Of a stretch of DNA of 64,000 nt, positions 39,221 through 52,855 are shown piece after piece. The notes under the pieces were generated by a model. The model was not told where the DNA came from. It saw nothing but the letters and a program-made list of their open reading frames with translations, and ran no database searches. This stretch comes from Eledone cirrhosa. Its lineage: Eukaryota. Within the stretch, counting starts at the first letter, position 1. Every line of letters begins with the position of its first letter. Location of the stretch: assembly GCA_964016885.1 (NCBI GenBank), contig OZ024742.1, positions 243,846,001-243,910,000 on the forward strand. The letters are read 5' to 3'. Position numbers and translations under genes: made by a program.

Positions 39221-39660
39221 ATTGGCAGTATCAGTAGAGCGCCGGACATCATACTTTGCAGCATAGAGTTACGTCCTTTTATGTTCTGAGTTTAAATCCT
39301 GCTAAGGTTAGCTTTGCTTTTCATCACTACAGTGTCAATAAAATAAAGTACCAGAAATACACTGATTTTGAATTGACCCATTAGCATTTAAACCGACTGT
39401 ATCCAGCCAGAATTCTCTCACCTCTTTTTGTTCAAACCAGCTGTAACCAACTGATCATACTGATGTTAAAGTATTGTTCTCAAAATAAATAATATCAAAA
39501 TCTCATAGATTCGACATTATGTGAGATAATTATGTGAAATAAAGCCTTTACTGTGAAAATATAATAGTATATATATAGAGTAATGTAAATGCTAAAGAGT
39601 TAATCGATTTTCCCCTACCCGAAAATTGTTGGCCTTGTGCCTATATCATAAACCGTTATA
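39221..39660 (+). mobile_element. Family-A SINE split by a ~225-bp MITE (~39376-39599)
   Basis: SINE head and core at 39221-39365, tail (TTGGCCTTGTGCC) at ~39603-39655. Insert termini TTGACCCATTAGCATTTA / TAAATGCTAAAGAGTTAA. Confidence 0.65.
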
Positions 39661-40158
39661 TTCTAACAGAAATGAATATTCCCTGTTTTTATCATTCATG
39701 ACCTAACTGTTGTTAAAGAAATATCAGAGTGGATGAGGGGTGGTAGTGGGATAAGTGACTTTGTTGCTATGGATGTGTGATACAAATGAATTCAAAGAGC
39801 TAGTCTTTGGCAACACCACCACCACCACCACAACTGTCGCCTCCAATACTACTACTATTGCTGCTACTGCAGTCGCCATCACCATCATCACTGATGGTAT
39901 AGATTGATAAGAGAGGTTGATAATATAAAAGAAAGGCTAAGCTTATTACTACAAGCTTTTTCTCAGTGGAATTAATTTTTGAATTAAGGAAAAGTTTAAT
40001 TAATTATGTGTAGATTAAAAAAATTTCTTGTGTGTTACTAGAATCTGGCATAATAAGTAGTTCCAGCTCATCTCCCTCACCATCCTTCAGGATAAGCAAT
40101 TCATTATTCTGTCCTCTGGGACACTGACACATTTTATGTGATTTCCATTGTTTATTAA

Positions 40159-40191
40159 CCATTTTGAGGAGCCCCACCCCCAAACTGCCTC

Positions 40192-40224
<33 letters not shown>

Positions 40225-40401
40225 ACATTTTTTAAAAGTGTTCCTTCTTCCTATCTAAATTAAAATCACCCAACATAATTTGATGTCAGAACCATATCTT
40301 AAGTTATGTTACAAATACCATCTTAATAATGAAATGGTTAATAATTTTGATAAATTGATTGAAATACAGTGTATTTAATTAGAAATGCAATCACAAAACA
40401 G
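40159..40401. mobile_element. piggyBac-like MITE, degenerate
   Basis: TTAA on both sides and internal similarity to the 10601 family. Confidence 0.55.
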
Positions 40402-41437
40402 TTAATGAAAGATGATTTATGTATAAAGTTATTCAGCTCCTCTGCTGTCTAATAGTTTATATGTATTGCTTCCATTGGTCCTGATTCTACATCAGTCATT
40501 CACATACCAAAAGTAGCAGTTTCAATTCCTCCCAAATATTGCCTTACTATCTCTTCGGTGGTCTGCTTCTTTTCCCTTGTATCTGGGTTAGAGTATCGAT
40601 ACTTGTATGCATGTTCATTTCTTTGTTTCCCCAACACAGTACATTCTTCTGCAATGATATAGCAACACCTCTGCTGCTACTCTTTTATGTAGTTCTGCTT
40701 TGAGTTTCAAAAGGTTTTATGCTTCTACTCATCTGTTAGCCTCTCCTCCCCTCCCCCTCACATATTGCATATACAGAGAATAAAATGTTTGTCATGGTTA
40801 TCACTTCACAATAAACTGTTTCAGTAATATAATTTGTTACTCTAAATCAATTCTTTCACTTATTTGTTAAGAGTATTACTTTCCCATACAAATATATACC
40901 TTCGTTCCTTCCCTTCCATCAATTTGCCCTCCACACCTCTCTATCTGCACTCAGGGCATCATTTACTTTATACTATCTTTTATACTAGAGTATTCCACAC
41001 AAATCTATACCTTGGTTCATTCCTTCCCATCAATTTTCCCCCTATACCTCTTTATTTGCAGACAGCACATCATTTACTTTACACTATCTCTTATTATAGA
41101 AATAGTAAGCTAATAAAAGCTAATTAACAATGCAAAGTCAGACAAAGATAAATTTATTCAATATTTCAGCTTTAACAAGCCATAATCTTAAATGGAAAAT
41201 GTTTAAATGAGAAGTAAATCATAAACAATCTCAAAAATGTTATGTTGTTTACAGAGATACGAAGCATGGCAATGATGTGTGGGCTGCAATATTCAAATGA
41301 TGGAGTAAACTGTTTACAATTGAGAATCTTATGGAGGTTGTTTCAGTTTAAATACTTTTTTACCACATTTCCAATGTCAAATACTGTTTAAGATTTTCAA
41401 ATAATTTTGAAAATAGAGAGATTTCATAATATAACAA

Positions 41438-41640
41438 CTGGGCAAAAACGAACTGGCAGGAAACCCAGGGGGTAGACCCTGAGCAAGATGGTTTGATAAC
41501 ATCTATGAGCTTGGATGGTCTCGCTTGGGGATCTAGCTGAATCCATTAGAGATGGTTGCTCTTGACAAGACTGGCTGGAAGACGTGTTTGAGGACTCTGC
41601 CTCTACAACCCTCCCAGGAATAAGTGGGTGAAGAAGAGGT
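41438..41640 (+). mobile_element. RTE LINE family 1, extreme 3' end
   Basis: Matches 19410-19610. Confidence 0.8.
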
Positions 41641-41794
41641 CTTGAAAGAATCCATAAGTTATGTATCCTGGCAATTCTCGAGATGTTTTTTAATATTATG
41701 TTTGTATGTTCTCTAATACATATATCTAATAGCTAGATAGTATTACCAATGTGAAATTTGTTACATTTACACATTCAGTAGAGTATTATTACAT

Positions 41795-41977
41795 GGTGGA
41801 TTGGCAGTATCGGTAGAGGGTCGGACGCCATGCTTTGACGTATAGAGTTACGGCCCTTGCCATTCTGAGTTCAAATCCCGCCGAGGTTAACTTTGCCTTT
41901 CATCCTTACGGGGTCGATAAAATAAAGTACCAGTAATGTACTGGGTAATTGCTGGCCTTGTGCCAATAGTAGAAACA
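41795..41977 (+). mobile_element. tRNA-derived SINE (family A), young copy
   Basis: Perfect TSD ATTATTACAT at 41785-41794 and 41978-41987. Confidence 0.92.
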
Positions 41978-44178
41978 ATTATTACATAAACATTTGTTGT
42001 TATTTCCAACTGAGTAATTTACCAGCTAGTATATACTGTTAGGATCCTGGACCTCATAGAAAGGTTCTAACATATTGAATTCTATGTTCAGCCATTCTTT
42101 TTATAGAATGAATGGATCCAATTGCATTGGTGACACACCCATTCAGGTCCTTTTTGATGCACTGTTCTAAGACTGGTGCCAACTCTTTTAGTTGCCTCTT
42201 ATGACATGCAGAGACAAAATGATTTGCAATAATGAATGATGTGAAGACAAATGGAATAAGATGGTTGGGTTATTTGTTTAGTAAAGATGAAAATAAATGT
42301 GGAAGGGTGAGAGGAAGGAGAAGACCTAGGAAGACTTGGCTGGAAATGATGGAGGAGGAAATGAAAGCCAGGGGCTTGGTGAGGGGGATTCAGATGATAA
42401 GGGAAAATGAAGATTTTCATGGGGATCACAAAAATAAAGTACCAGTCAAGTACTGGAGTTGCTCCCCCCCAAAAAATTTACTGACCTTTTTATCTAAATT
42501 AGAAATTACTTATTTGATTTGGTGACATTTGTATGGTTGAATATTTTATCTTATTAAACTAAGAGTCACCCCACCTCCACCCTTTATTGGTTTTATTCTG
42601 AAATGTCCTTTCCTTCAGAAATTGTTTTGAGAGCCCCCCCCCCCCCCCAAAAAAAAAAAAACTAAATAGAGGAGAAAGAAAGTCAGTGCATGATCAACCA
42701 GTTATTGCTTAATTCATAGGGAGAAACTTTGGGCACAGGTATAGCAAGGGTTTATGAAAACGTTTATGTTATTAAAAGAAGCATGCTCCTTTGCATACAC
42801 TTGAATACACACATACTCCTCCACACACAGAGTTACTTATAAATATTAAAAGAAGCATGCTCCTTTGCATTCACTACCACACACACACACACACACAGTT
42901 ACTTATAAACATTAAAAACTCAAAATGAAAGCTTCAAAAAGAAACATGGGAAGTAGAGATGACATTGATTCATAGGGATTACATGGCTGGCTGCTATCCC
43001 TTAAAAAGAACGGAGACTAACACACAGATATGCACACACAACACTTCATCAGATACTTAACTTCCAAGATATCACATTTATTAGAATGAGGTGTGAAAGA
43101 GGAATTTGAATTCAAATTAATTTGAAAGTCATTATTTCGAGAGAAGATCGTAAAAATAAATATAAATAAATCTCTGTATGTAAATAGACATAACTTGTGG
43201 AATCTCTCCATTTCTGCATTGGAGATAATAAAAATAATTTAATTGAAAAGGTATTGAACTCCAGTAGATGAGCCAATAGAATTTCCAGTAAACTTTTCAT
43301 ACTACATTAGCTGTTGCCAGCTTGTGCCTGCTAAACTGCTGTAAAATCACCCAGCTGAGGTAATGGCTGAAGCATTAATATGATAGCCTTAGATTATAAT
43401 GTCTTCCTGTAGTTACATATTCATTCACTCTCTGCAACAGGAATCTCCGACATCATCATCACTGCCACTGTCGCCACTGCCAACACCACCACCACCACTT
43501 TCATGATTTCAATATCTGCTTTTTCATGCTTGCTTAAATTAGATGAGTCTGCAACACAAAATTTTTCCATCTACCAAGATATAATACAGCTCCTTTTTAC
43601 TCAGAGATATAAAATTTTAGCAGCCCGTTCACTTCTTTAGAATATTTGCTCCTTCTAAAATGGCTTCTGATTTAGAGACATAACCAGCCATTTTTGGGGA
43701 AGGATAGAGGTTAATTAATTAAATCACTACCAGTACTTACTTGATTGGTACTTTATTTTATCGATCTCAGCAGGATAAAAGGTAGAGTTGATCTTGGTGG
43801 AATTTGAACCTAGCACTGAAAGAAATACTACAAGGCATTTTGTCCAATGCCCCAACAATTCTGCCAAACCATTATGCTCCCTATCCTGTTCCTAATAATG
43901 GTTTCTGATTTAGGCACAGGGCCAGCAATTTTGGTGGTGGGGAAAAGTCAATTAAATCAATCCAATGCATTACTGGTACTTTATTCCCTCCAATGAAAGG
44001 CAAAGCTAATTAATGTCAGTGGGATTTGAATTCAGAATGTAAATAAAATATATTTTGTATAGAAATATGCTGGTGTATTTTTAAAAACATTGTACAGAAA
44101 GTTAATTTGGAGCAAGGAAAAAAAGGTAATTTATAAGTTAATCAATAAAAAGAATTTGATAACATTACTTAAATAATG

Positions 44179-44361
44179 GTTTCTTAAATAGGCAATTTGG
44201 GGGGAAGGGAAAGTCGATTAAATTGACCCCAGCGCATGCCTGGTACTTTATTTTATCGACCCCTTAAGGATGAAAGGCAAAGTTAACCTCGGCGGGATTT
44301 GAACTCTATGCTTGAAAGCATGGTGTCCGACTCTCTACCGATACTGCCAAACCATCACCCT
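44179..44361 (-). mobile_element. tRNA-derived SINE (family A variant)
   Basis: Perfect 17-bp TSD ACATTACTTAAATAATG at 44162-44178 and 44362-44378. Confidence 0.9.
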
Positions 44362-44569
44362 ACATTACTTAAATAATGTCTTTAGTCAGGGAGAGAAAAG
44401 CAATGGCCATTAATTCCTTTTTTAGGATCTCTGAGACTAGTGAAAAGGAAGGAGAAATTTATTCTTTAAACCGACCTAGCCTGAATACTTACAACAGAAT
44501 GGACTCTGTTAAAGAATTTATCTAAGGTTACAAGAGGCATTTTGGTTAGAAGAAAGTATAATTTCATTG

Positions 44570-44730
44570 ATAGTGTGTACTTTACTATATAGACAATAGC
44601 CTTACTATAGGCAATAGGGTGTACTTTACTTAAGTCATTAGGGTTTGCCTTACTTTAGTCAATAGGGTATACTTTATTTTAGTCAATAGGGTTTGCCCTC
44701 TATAATCAATAGGGTTTACCTTACTTTCAT
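44570..44730. repeat. Degenerate minisatellite (~27-bp unit containing AGTCAATAGGGT)
   Basis: Five to six imperfect copies of ...TTACT.TAGTCAATAGGGT. Confidence 0.75.
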
Positions 44731-47700
44731 TTCCTTAATTTTTTACTTACATTTCCATAATTACATCCCAATAGAGAACTAATTTAATTTTAAAAAATTC
44801 TGTATTGTTCTTAGTCTTCAAGTTGTTATTTTGATAATTACACCTAGTTACAATTTTAGAAGAGAACAACTGAAAATGAAATATTTTATCAAAATGCTGT
44901 AATTCATTATTTTTACTTTTGATTATGAAATGTTACTGTTATTGCTAAAGAAGGTAAAATTTTAGCTAATAAGATTAGTTCAATAATTAAGATTTGGGTA
45001 TCTTCCTCTTAATTTTATGATTCCCATTTTTATTAGAGAATAGACAAATCTCATCAAAACGAAATTTCAATTTATTCATCATAATCCTAGTTATTCTCAA
45101 ATTGCTCTTAGCATAAAAATGCACGAAAAACATTATTCTTTATACCCACAAATTTATATCTTTGTGGGATTTACACTGTTACATTTTTCAAAGTTATAGG
45201 CAAAAATAACATATTTCTTGTCAGTATTTGTAAATATTCTAAGTAAAATGACAAGTTACTTAAAACATTATTTGATTATAAGATTTTTTTGCTAATTTCT
45301 TGGCAGTCTACACTTTGGGTTTATAAATGTAGGATACTGGATTAGTGATAGAAAAACAGACAAACTTGAATAATTGATAAACAGTTTGTGGATTTATAAT
45401 TCTGATTCTGAGGTTTGGGAAAATACAAATAAAATTACACTTTTAGGAAAACTGCATATCATAATGATGCTGAAAAAAAAAAAAAACAGATATAAAAATT
45501 GTTCCTGTAAGCAGAGGTTTAAAGAATAAGGAAATGACAAGAATTAAAAGTGAAAGCTGAGATTTGGTGTTGATGATATCCTTTCAAGATAGTGACTTGA
45601 TGAGAGAAACAAGTTAATTGGATTTAAGGAGAGGAAAAAAGATTAGTTGTCTTAATGTAAATCATACTGTTAAGAGAATCAGTAATACTGTAGATATTGG
45701 ACAGTGATTTGAAAAGAAAAATGTAAAAGTAGTAGTTGGGTGTGAATTAAAAATATATATTAGGGAAGAAGCCACGTTTTCGCATTTGATCAAACAACGA
45801 TGTTAGGAACACGAGTTTTGCTCTCCCTGAAAATTGGATATACATTTAATCCACCTTTGATAATTGCATCATATTTTCTGCAAGGCTTCACCACACTGTC
45901 AACAAAAACACATTCATATGTTGAATTTCTTCAGAGTAATACGTTAACATGATTCCGATATAACAAATAAAGAGAAAAGAAATGGTAATAGTTTAACTGA
46001 CAATGCAAAGCCTTTTTAAACTTTTTTTTAAAAAAATATTCTTTAAGAAACAGAATTTATTTGGCTATGATCATTTTGTAAAATGTTTGAAGGGTGCTCA
46101 TAGTGGATATTTTAGTCTTAAATTCAGTCTTTAATGTATAATTTTATTGTAATCTATTCTTTTCTTTTTTTTTTGCTGGTAGATTTTTTTAAGAACTAAA
46201 AGCTTAGATTAAAAAAAACAACAACAAAAAACAAACATATTGAATAATTGAATAGTCACCAATGTTTTATTTAACAATTCTTTATTAATCTGTGTCTTAT
46301 TTTATTTCTTAATTGAAACAAATGTACATTTAGAATATAAAATGTGTGTAAGCATGGCTATGTGGTTAAGAACTTCACTTTGCAACTACAAAAAAATGCG
46401 CATAGCCTGCCATCTGAGGGTTGTGGACTTAATCCATTGCTCAAAACAGCACCATCTGACAAACAAGTGTCAACTGTTGTAAGCATTCAGACCAGATTTC
46501 TAATCCAAGATTAATTTCCTCCCTTTCTCTTATCGAGATCTTGAAAAAACTCATTGCCATTACACTTCTTACTCTGATCATATAGAAGAAGAAAAGAAAA
46601 TTGGCAAAATGAATTGATTTTCAATAATGATATCTTATAACAAAGTAGAAGGTTTCATATTATAGGGTTAGATGTAAAATTATTTAAACCAACTGCACTA
46701 TTACTTATTTTATAAACCCTAGAGGATTGCCAAAGTACTCAATACTTCAGGAAGTAGATTTATAAATATTTTATTTAAATAAATCTGTTTCAATCAACTT
46801 GATCTCTTCATAATCAGATTAATTCTGAAGAAATCAACTTGATTGAAACAAATTTATAAAGCTATAAACCATTGTTTAAATAGAATATTATATATGCTTT
46901 GCTTTTAATTTTTTTTTTCAACTGGTTCCAGCGGCCATGCTGGGGCACTGACAATGCCTCCCATTAGAAATTTGGTAATGAAAGGGTTAACAGACTTAGT
47001 TTTGAATCCTCTTGATAATTATCTTTGAAGCTAGTTGATTTTACTAATTTAATCACCATCATCATTGTTGTTTTAACATCTGCTTTTCCTGCTAGCAAGA
47101 GTTGGATGAATCTACATAGACCAAGCCAGTACTGAAGCAGTGGGAAGTCAGTATTGAAGCCAGGGATCTGTCACCTCACTTATGTACAATCACATGTCCT
47201 ACCAAGTGCACAGGATCTCTGTCTTATCTCTGACTCAAGTGAGGGTCTTTCTATGGCTGGATGCCCTTCCTATCACCAACCACTTTACAGCATGTACTGA
47301 GTGTGCTTATCATGTAGATCACCAAACACTAGGGAGTCCTCCTGACTCTTTAATCTGAGTGTTTTATTAGATATAATTATTTCTATTTTCAACAATTTGT
47401 TTATTACTCAATGAAAATAATTGGTGAGAGTATCTTTAGTAGGATGTATATATTGAATTAGTAGGGTATGTATAAGGAATTAGATGCTTTTTTTTCAATT
47501 GTATAAAAATCAAATTTAGAACTAATTTTAGAAAGTTGAATTCAAAAGTCACTTTAATTCAATTTTGATAATAAAACAAAATAACAATGTAGAGCCACAC
47601 TATATAAAATTGATTATGAATTAGATTACCAATCAATGAGTATTAGCTTATATCCTGTTACCGGCATTGTGCTATGCCCATGATCAAGAACTTAGTTTAC

Positions 47701-48451
47701 CTAGATGCAAATAGGTATTATGATTAGGTACAATCCACTGCTGTATGGTACAAGACATGATGCAGTCATGAGTTCAAGATCTATTGCGTCTCTTGGGAAG
47801 GCAAAAGAAAACACTCTTCTACTCAGTTTCAAATAAGAACACTCAGTTGTCTCATTTATTATAGGGTCAAATCACTGGTTTTGATTTTGAGAAATTTCAG
47901 GTCAACAGTGTTATGTGTGGGTGGTATTTGTGATTTTTATTTCTGTTTTCATGCCTGTTTATTTTTGTAAGTGATGAAGATTAGGAACAACATATATAAT
48001 CTTCTCATTACCAGCTTTAATCTTTTGTTGCTAAATCCTAACTAATTTTCTAAAAATATTTACCCATTTTTATAATATCTATGCAAAACATCTGAATTAC
48101 CTGCTCATTCTTCTTCTTTTCTCTCTTCAATGTTATCAATGGGTTTTTCTTAAATTGTTTTTTTCCTTCATATATTTTTGTTCTACTCATAATCATTCAA
48201 ATAGTTTTTGCTTTTCTCTCACATTTATATATTGTTTTCTGAAATTTTTTCTATAATGAAGTGTGTATTGGATTATTATTTCTATCTTAATGACAGTTTT
48301 CATGGATATTTATGTAGAGGTTTCTCAAGAGTTTATTTACTAGAATTTAACAACCTGTCTGGTTAGATACTAGGTAAATACTTATTTCAGGTTGTATTTA
48401 TGTAAAACTAAATATTGGTAATTTTCATCTCCATATAGTTAAACATTCCCT

Positions 48452-49486
48452 TATCCTTAATGTTGGCACCCTGAAAGGTAAATCAGGTGAAATTGTGGAG
48501 TTGCTAAAGAGGAGATATTCTGTGTACAGGAGGTGAGATAGAAGGGTGCCTCAGTGAGACTGTTACAAGGGCGAAGGTGATGCTCTAGAAAGGAGCAACT
48601 ATAGAGGAATTAAACTAATGGACCAAATTATGAAAGCAATGGAAAGAATTATAGCATAACTAATTAGAGAAAGAGTCAAATTAGACAACATGCAGTTTGG
48701 TTTCATGCCTGGGAAAAGTACTACAGATGCCCTCTTCTTAGTGAGGCAACTATGAGAAGTTCTTAGGCAAAAATAAGCCACTATATCTAACTTTCATTAA
48801 TAAGACTTTTGACAAAATATCTCAATCCATTATCTGATGGTCCTTAAGAAAATTAGGTGTAGAAGAATGTCCAGTAAAAGCAGTGCTAGCCATGTACAAA
48901 GAAGCCGTCAGCAAAGTGAGAGTGGAAGTGAGTTTAGTGAAGAATTCAAGGTACAGGAGTTCATTAAGGTTCAGTTCTTAGCTCACTTCTGTTCATTATA
49001 GTTCTCCAAGCTATAACAGAGGAGTTTAAGACCGGCTGTCCATGGGAACTCCTCTATGCAGATGATCTGGTCCTTATAGCTGAATCCATTAAAGAACTAA
49101 AAAATAAGTTCCAACTATGAAAAGAGAATTTGAAATAAAAAGGTCTGAGAGTAAACTTAGTCCAAACTAAAGTGCTAGTGAAAAAGAGAGAAAATAGGAC
49201 CCTGATTCCTTCAGGGAAGTGGCCTTGTTCAATATATAGAAAGGGAGTAAGCATAAACTCCATACGATGTACACGGTGTAAATATTGGGTACACAAGAGA
49301 TGTAGTGGGATAATGAGTAGACTAACACAAATGGAAGACTTTGTAGAAGATGCACAGCGGTAACTGAAGGGACCTATTCCAGTCGCAGGAAAGATCCATA
49401 GAAGTGGTTGCTTCTGCTATCTAGGCGACTTAATGAGCAACGGAGGAGGGTGCTCTGAGAGCATAGTAGCTAGAATAAAGATAGGC
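48452..49486 (+). mobile_element. RTE-clade LINE family 2, decayed and internally deleted
   Basis: LNVGTLKGKSGEIVE (APE N-terminus) is joined to KGDALERSNYRGIKL, QFGFMPGKSTTDA, PWELLYADDLVL and SGKWPCSIYRKGV. Confidence 0.85.
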
Positions 49487-51269
49487 TGTGACTGCAGATG
49501 ACGTGTATACTGGAGAGAAATGAAGCAACCATGCTTCATTGGAGGTGCAATGTATGTATGACTGGGTTTAACTAATATGAATTTCAGAGCTTCCCAGTTC
49601 ATCCTTTCTTTAAGTCATAGGGAGAGAGAAAGAATGTTTGAGTGATTCTCACCATCAATTGTGAATAATCAACAGTTTGTATTTTATTACATACATTTTG
49701 TTTCTGGGCACAATGGCTGCTTTTATTGGATTCGGTTTATATATACTTTCTTAAGTTCCAAGTCCTACTTGATTTGGGGATCGGGAAAAATAAATGGGTG
49801 AAATGAATGTGGGAAAGTTTTGGTTTGGGCTATTAATAGGTAAGAGTTGGATGAGAAAACGGATTGGAAATGAGCTTTGAAGGATGCAGCTTTCAAGGAG
49901 GCCTTTAGTAAAGTGTTTAGGCCTGTGAAGTGAAATCATAAGAGCAACAGAAGAAGAGGCAGGGATCATTTCATTTCATCATTTCATTTTACGTCCGCTT
50001 TTTCCCTGCTTGTAAGGGTGGGACGGGAACTGATTTTGGCTTGATTTCTACAGCTGGATATTTAGTGAATTTAAATGTAAAGGTCTCTTACCCATGTAAG
50101 GGGAGGGGTCTCCACAAAACTTGTGCAATATAATTGCTCTATGAGCACAGAATGTTATAAGTAGGTTATAAAATATAAGTAGATTTTGTTTGATTGCAAA
50201 AGTATCAATAACTTAAGAAATCGATTACATATCAACTTGGTTCCTATACTTATTTTATCAACTTGCAAGGCTATTGGGTGGAATGGCCTAGTGGATATGG
50301 TTTGATTTTTCATCTCATGGCTGGTGTGTTGAAATTCATTGTATGTATTTTATTTATTTTCTAGGCAGAACATCTTATTATGAATTGCCTCTATTTACTT
50401 TTGATTGACTGGCTTCCTATCCAGTGTTGAGATTTCTCTCTCATTCTCTTTATTCCATGAAACTGGAGCTGCTTGATAAATTTGAATATTTCAACTTGCA
50501 ACTCTGAGGCTTTATTTTCAGTACAGTAAACGATCTAGTTCAGTAACTTGTACATTATACCAGCTATATCACTTTTCTTTTATATCTCTATACTATGATT
50601 GAAATATATATTTTACATTAACAAGCCTAGATATTATTAGTACTACAATATCAATCTCTATAACGAAAAAGTATCATTGCTGTTAGAATATGGTTTTCTG
50701 TTTCTAATCTAACTGTTCTTTCTTTGTCCATCATAGATAGATTCTATGTGCTGGAAATTAGGAACTTAAATTCTTCAACAACATTTCTCTGTTGTTTAAT
50801 TTTTTTAATTTCAAAAGTAACTTTGCTAGTATTCTTTTAACAATTTTATGTTTATTTAGTTTTGTTTTAAAAACCTACTCCTTTTGAGTGGCTCAAAACA
50901 ACATTCCACATAACATATGTGTATACTGATTCTAAGCTATTAGTTTAAAAATTCTCTGGCTTGTGCTTTTAAAGTTTTAAGAAATATATTTCTTCTAGAA
51001 AGCATCTTTACTGCATTATCCTCAAAAATGCATTTTGAATATTTTCTAGTAATAAATTTATTTCGATTTTTTTTCTTTTCTTTTTTTTTCTTCTTTTTTT
51101 TTTCTTTGTTGTTGCTTAATTTCAAATGTTCAAAAATGTAGATTCATGTTGTTTATTCAGATTATCTGCAGGATATTTCAATCTCTAGTATTTAATTTTA
51201 AGAAGTCAGATATATCAGATTTATATAACAAAAACATTATTATCTTATATACTCTAACCTCATGACAAT

Positions 51270-51329
<60 letters not shown>

Positions 51330-51333
<4 letters not shown>

Positions 51334-52320
51334 GACCGGCTGCCCATGGGAACTCCTATATGCAGATGATCTAACACTCATAGCTGAATAAATGGCTGAA
51401 CTAGAGAAGAAATTCCAAACATGGAAGCATGGCCTAGAATCAAAAGGCCTTAAAATTAACCTGTCTAAGACTAAAGTTCTAGTTTGTAGGAAGGAAAATA
51501 GGGCACAGGTGCTCTCAGGGAAATGGCCATGCTCAGTGTGTAGGAAAGGAGTAGGCAGAAACTCCATTTTATGTCCCAAATGCAAAGTATGGGTGCATAA
51601 AAGATGTAGTGGGATCACAGGTAAGCTAACTAAGAATATAGATTTTATATGGGGCCAGTGCTCTGGTGCAATAAGTAGCAGCAAGTGCCCACAGAATACT
51701 AGCTCATTCCATTGCACAGATGGTTCTATAGAAATAGTGGACACCTTCCGTTACTTGCGTGGCAAAATCAGCAGTGGTGGAGGGTGTTCTGAAAGTACAG
51801 TAGCTAGAGTCAGAACTGGATGGAAAAAGTTCAGAGGGCTTATACCACTATTAGCCGCTAAAGGGTTCTCTCTAAAAATGAAAGGCAGGCTGTATGATGC
51901 CTGCATACGAACAGCAATGTTACATGGCAGTGAGACCTGGGCATTGTGTGCAGAGGATATACGCAGACTGGAGAGGAACGAAGCTTGCATGCTCCGCTGG
52001 ATGTGTAATAGTAATATACGTGAACGGCAAAGCATAAACGAACTAAGGGAAAAATTAGAAATAAGAGGGATCAGATGTTGTTTATTCGAGAGAAGACTAC
52101 GTTGGTATGGTCACGTGATGCGCATGAAAGACGACAGCTGTATAAAAAAAGTGCAGGGCAATAAAAATAGATGGTAGCCACGGAGTAGGCAGATCCAGAA
52201 AAACCTGGGACGACTTGATAAATTCCGACCCCAGACACTTACACCTCTCCAAGACAATGTCACTGGACCGAGATCTTTGGTGCTACACAGTAATACAGAA
52301 GACCCGCCTTACCTAAGTAC
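51330..52320 (+). mobile_element. RTE-clade LINE family 2, 5'-truncated (includes ORF 51392..52177)
   Basis: PWELLYADDL; Cys-rich insert GKWPCSVCRKGVGRNSILCPKCKVWVHKRCSG; AMLHGSETW; RRLRWYGHVMR. The 5' end abuts (TA)n at 51274-51329. Confidence 0.9.
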
Positions 52321-52479
52321 AAAGTGAAACCTACTACAGTCAGTAGTCACCTCCAACAAAAATACACCCCGTCCCACTACCCCCACCCCATCCACACCAC
52401 CCCTTTCAATGTAAAGTTATGTTGGTACTACAACATCCAGTCCGAAACAAATGAGGTTGTGAGGTGTCACGACAAAAAA

Positions 52480-52855
52480 ACACACAGTCCACGCTGTAAT
52501 GTGGCCATGTAGGTAACACGGTAAAAACCTCCCAGTCCACACTGTAAATGTGGTTGGTGTTAGGAAGGGCATCCAGCCGTAGAAAACCCGCCAGACAGTC
52601 CTATGTGAGCAAGACAACCACTCTTACCTCAAGTGGGAAAACTCCCGTCCAAACCCATGCAAGCGTGGAAGATGGACGTTAAACGATGATGATGATATAT
52701 ATATGTAGAAATCAAGCCAGAATCAGTTCCCGTATGAGCAAGACATGGTCAGCCGACCAGCTACTGCCCACAACAGGACAACCTGTCTAACCCATGCTAG
52801 CGTGGAAGGACAGACGTAAAACGCTGATGATGATGATGATGATGATGATGATGAG
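52480..52855 (+). mobile_element. Two stacked SINE/RTE-type 3' tails ending in (GAT)n
   Basis: GGTTGGTGTTAGGAAGGGCATCCAGC...GGACGTTAAACGATGATG, then a second AGAAATCAAGCCAGAATCAGTTCCCG...GACGTAAAACGCTGATGATG. The same motifs occur at 60570-60680 and, on the minus strand, 49966-50059. Confidence 0.7.

Noticed and set aside
44570-44730. CRISPR-like repeat array
   Set aside because: Eukaryotic context, degenerate adjacent units, no unique spacers and no cas genes; it is a minisatellite.
45770-45960. Possible coding fragment on the minus strand
   Set aside because: The frames examined contain stops and no recognisable motif.
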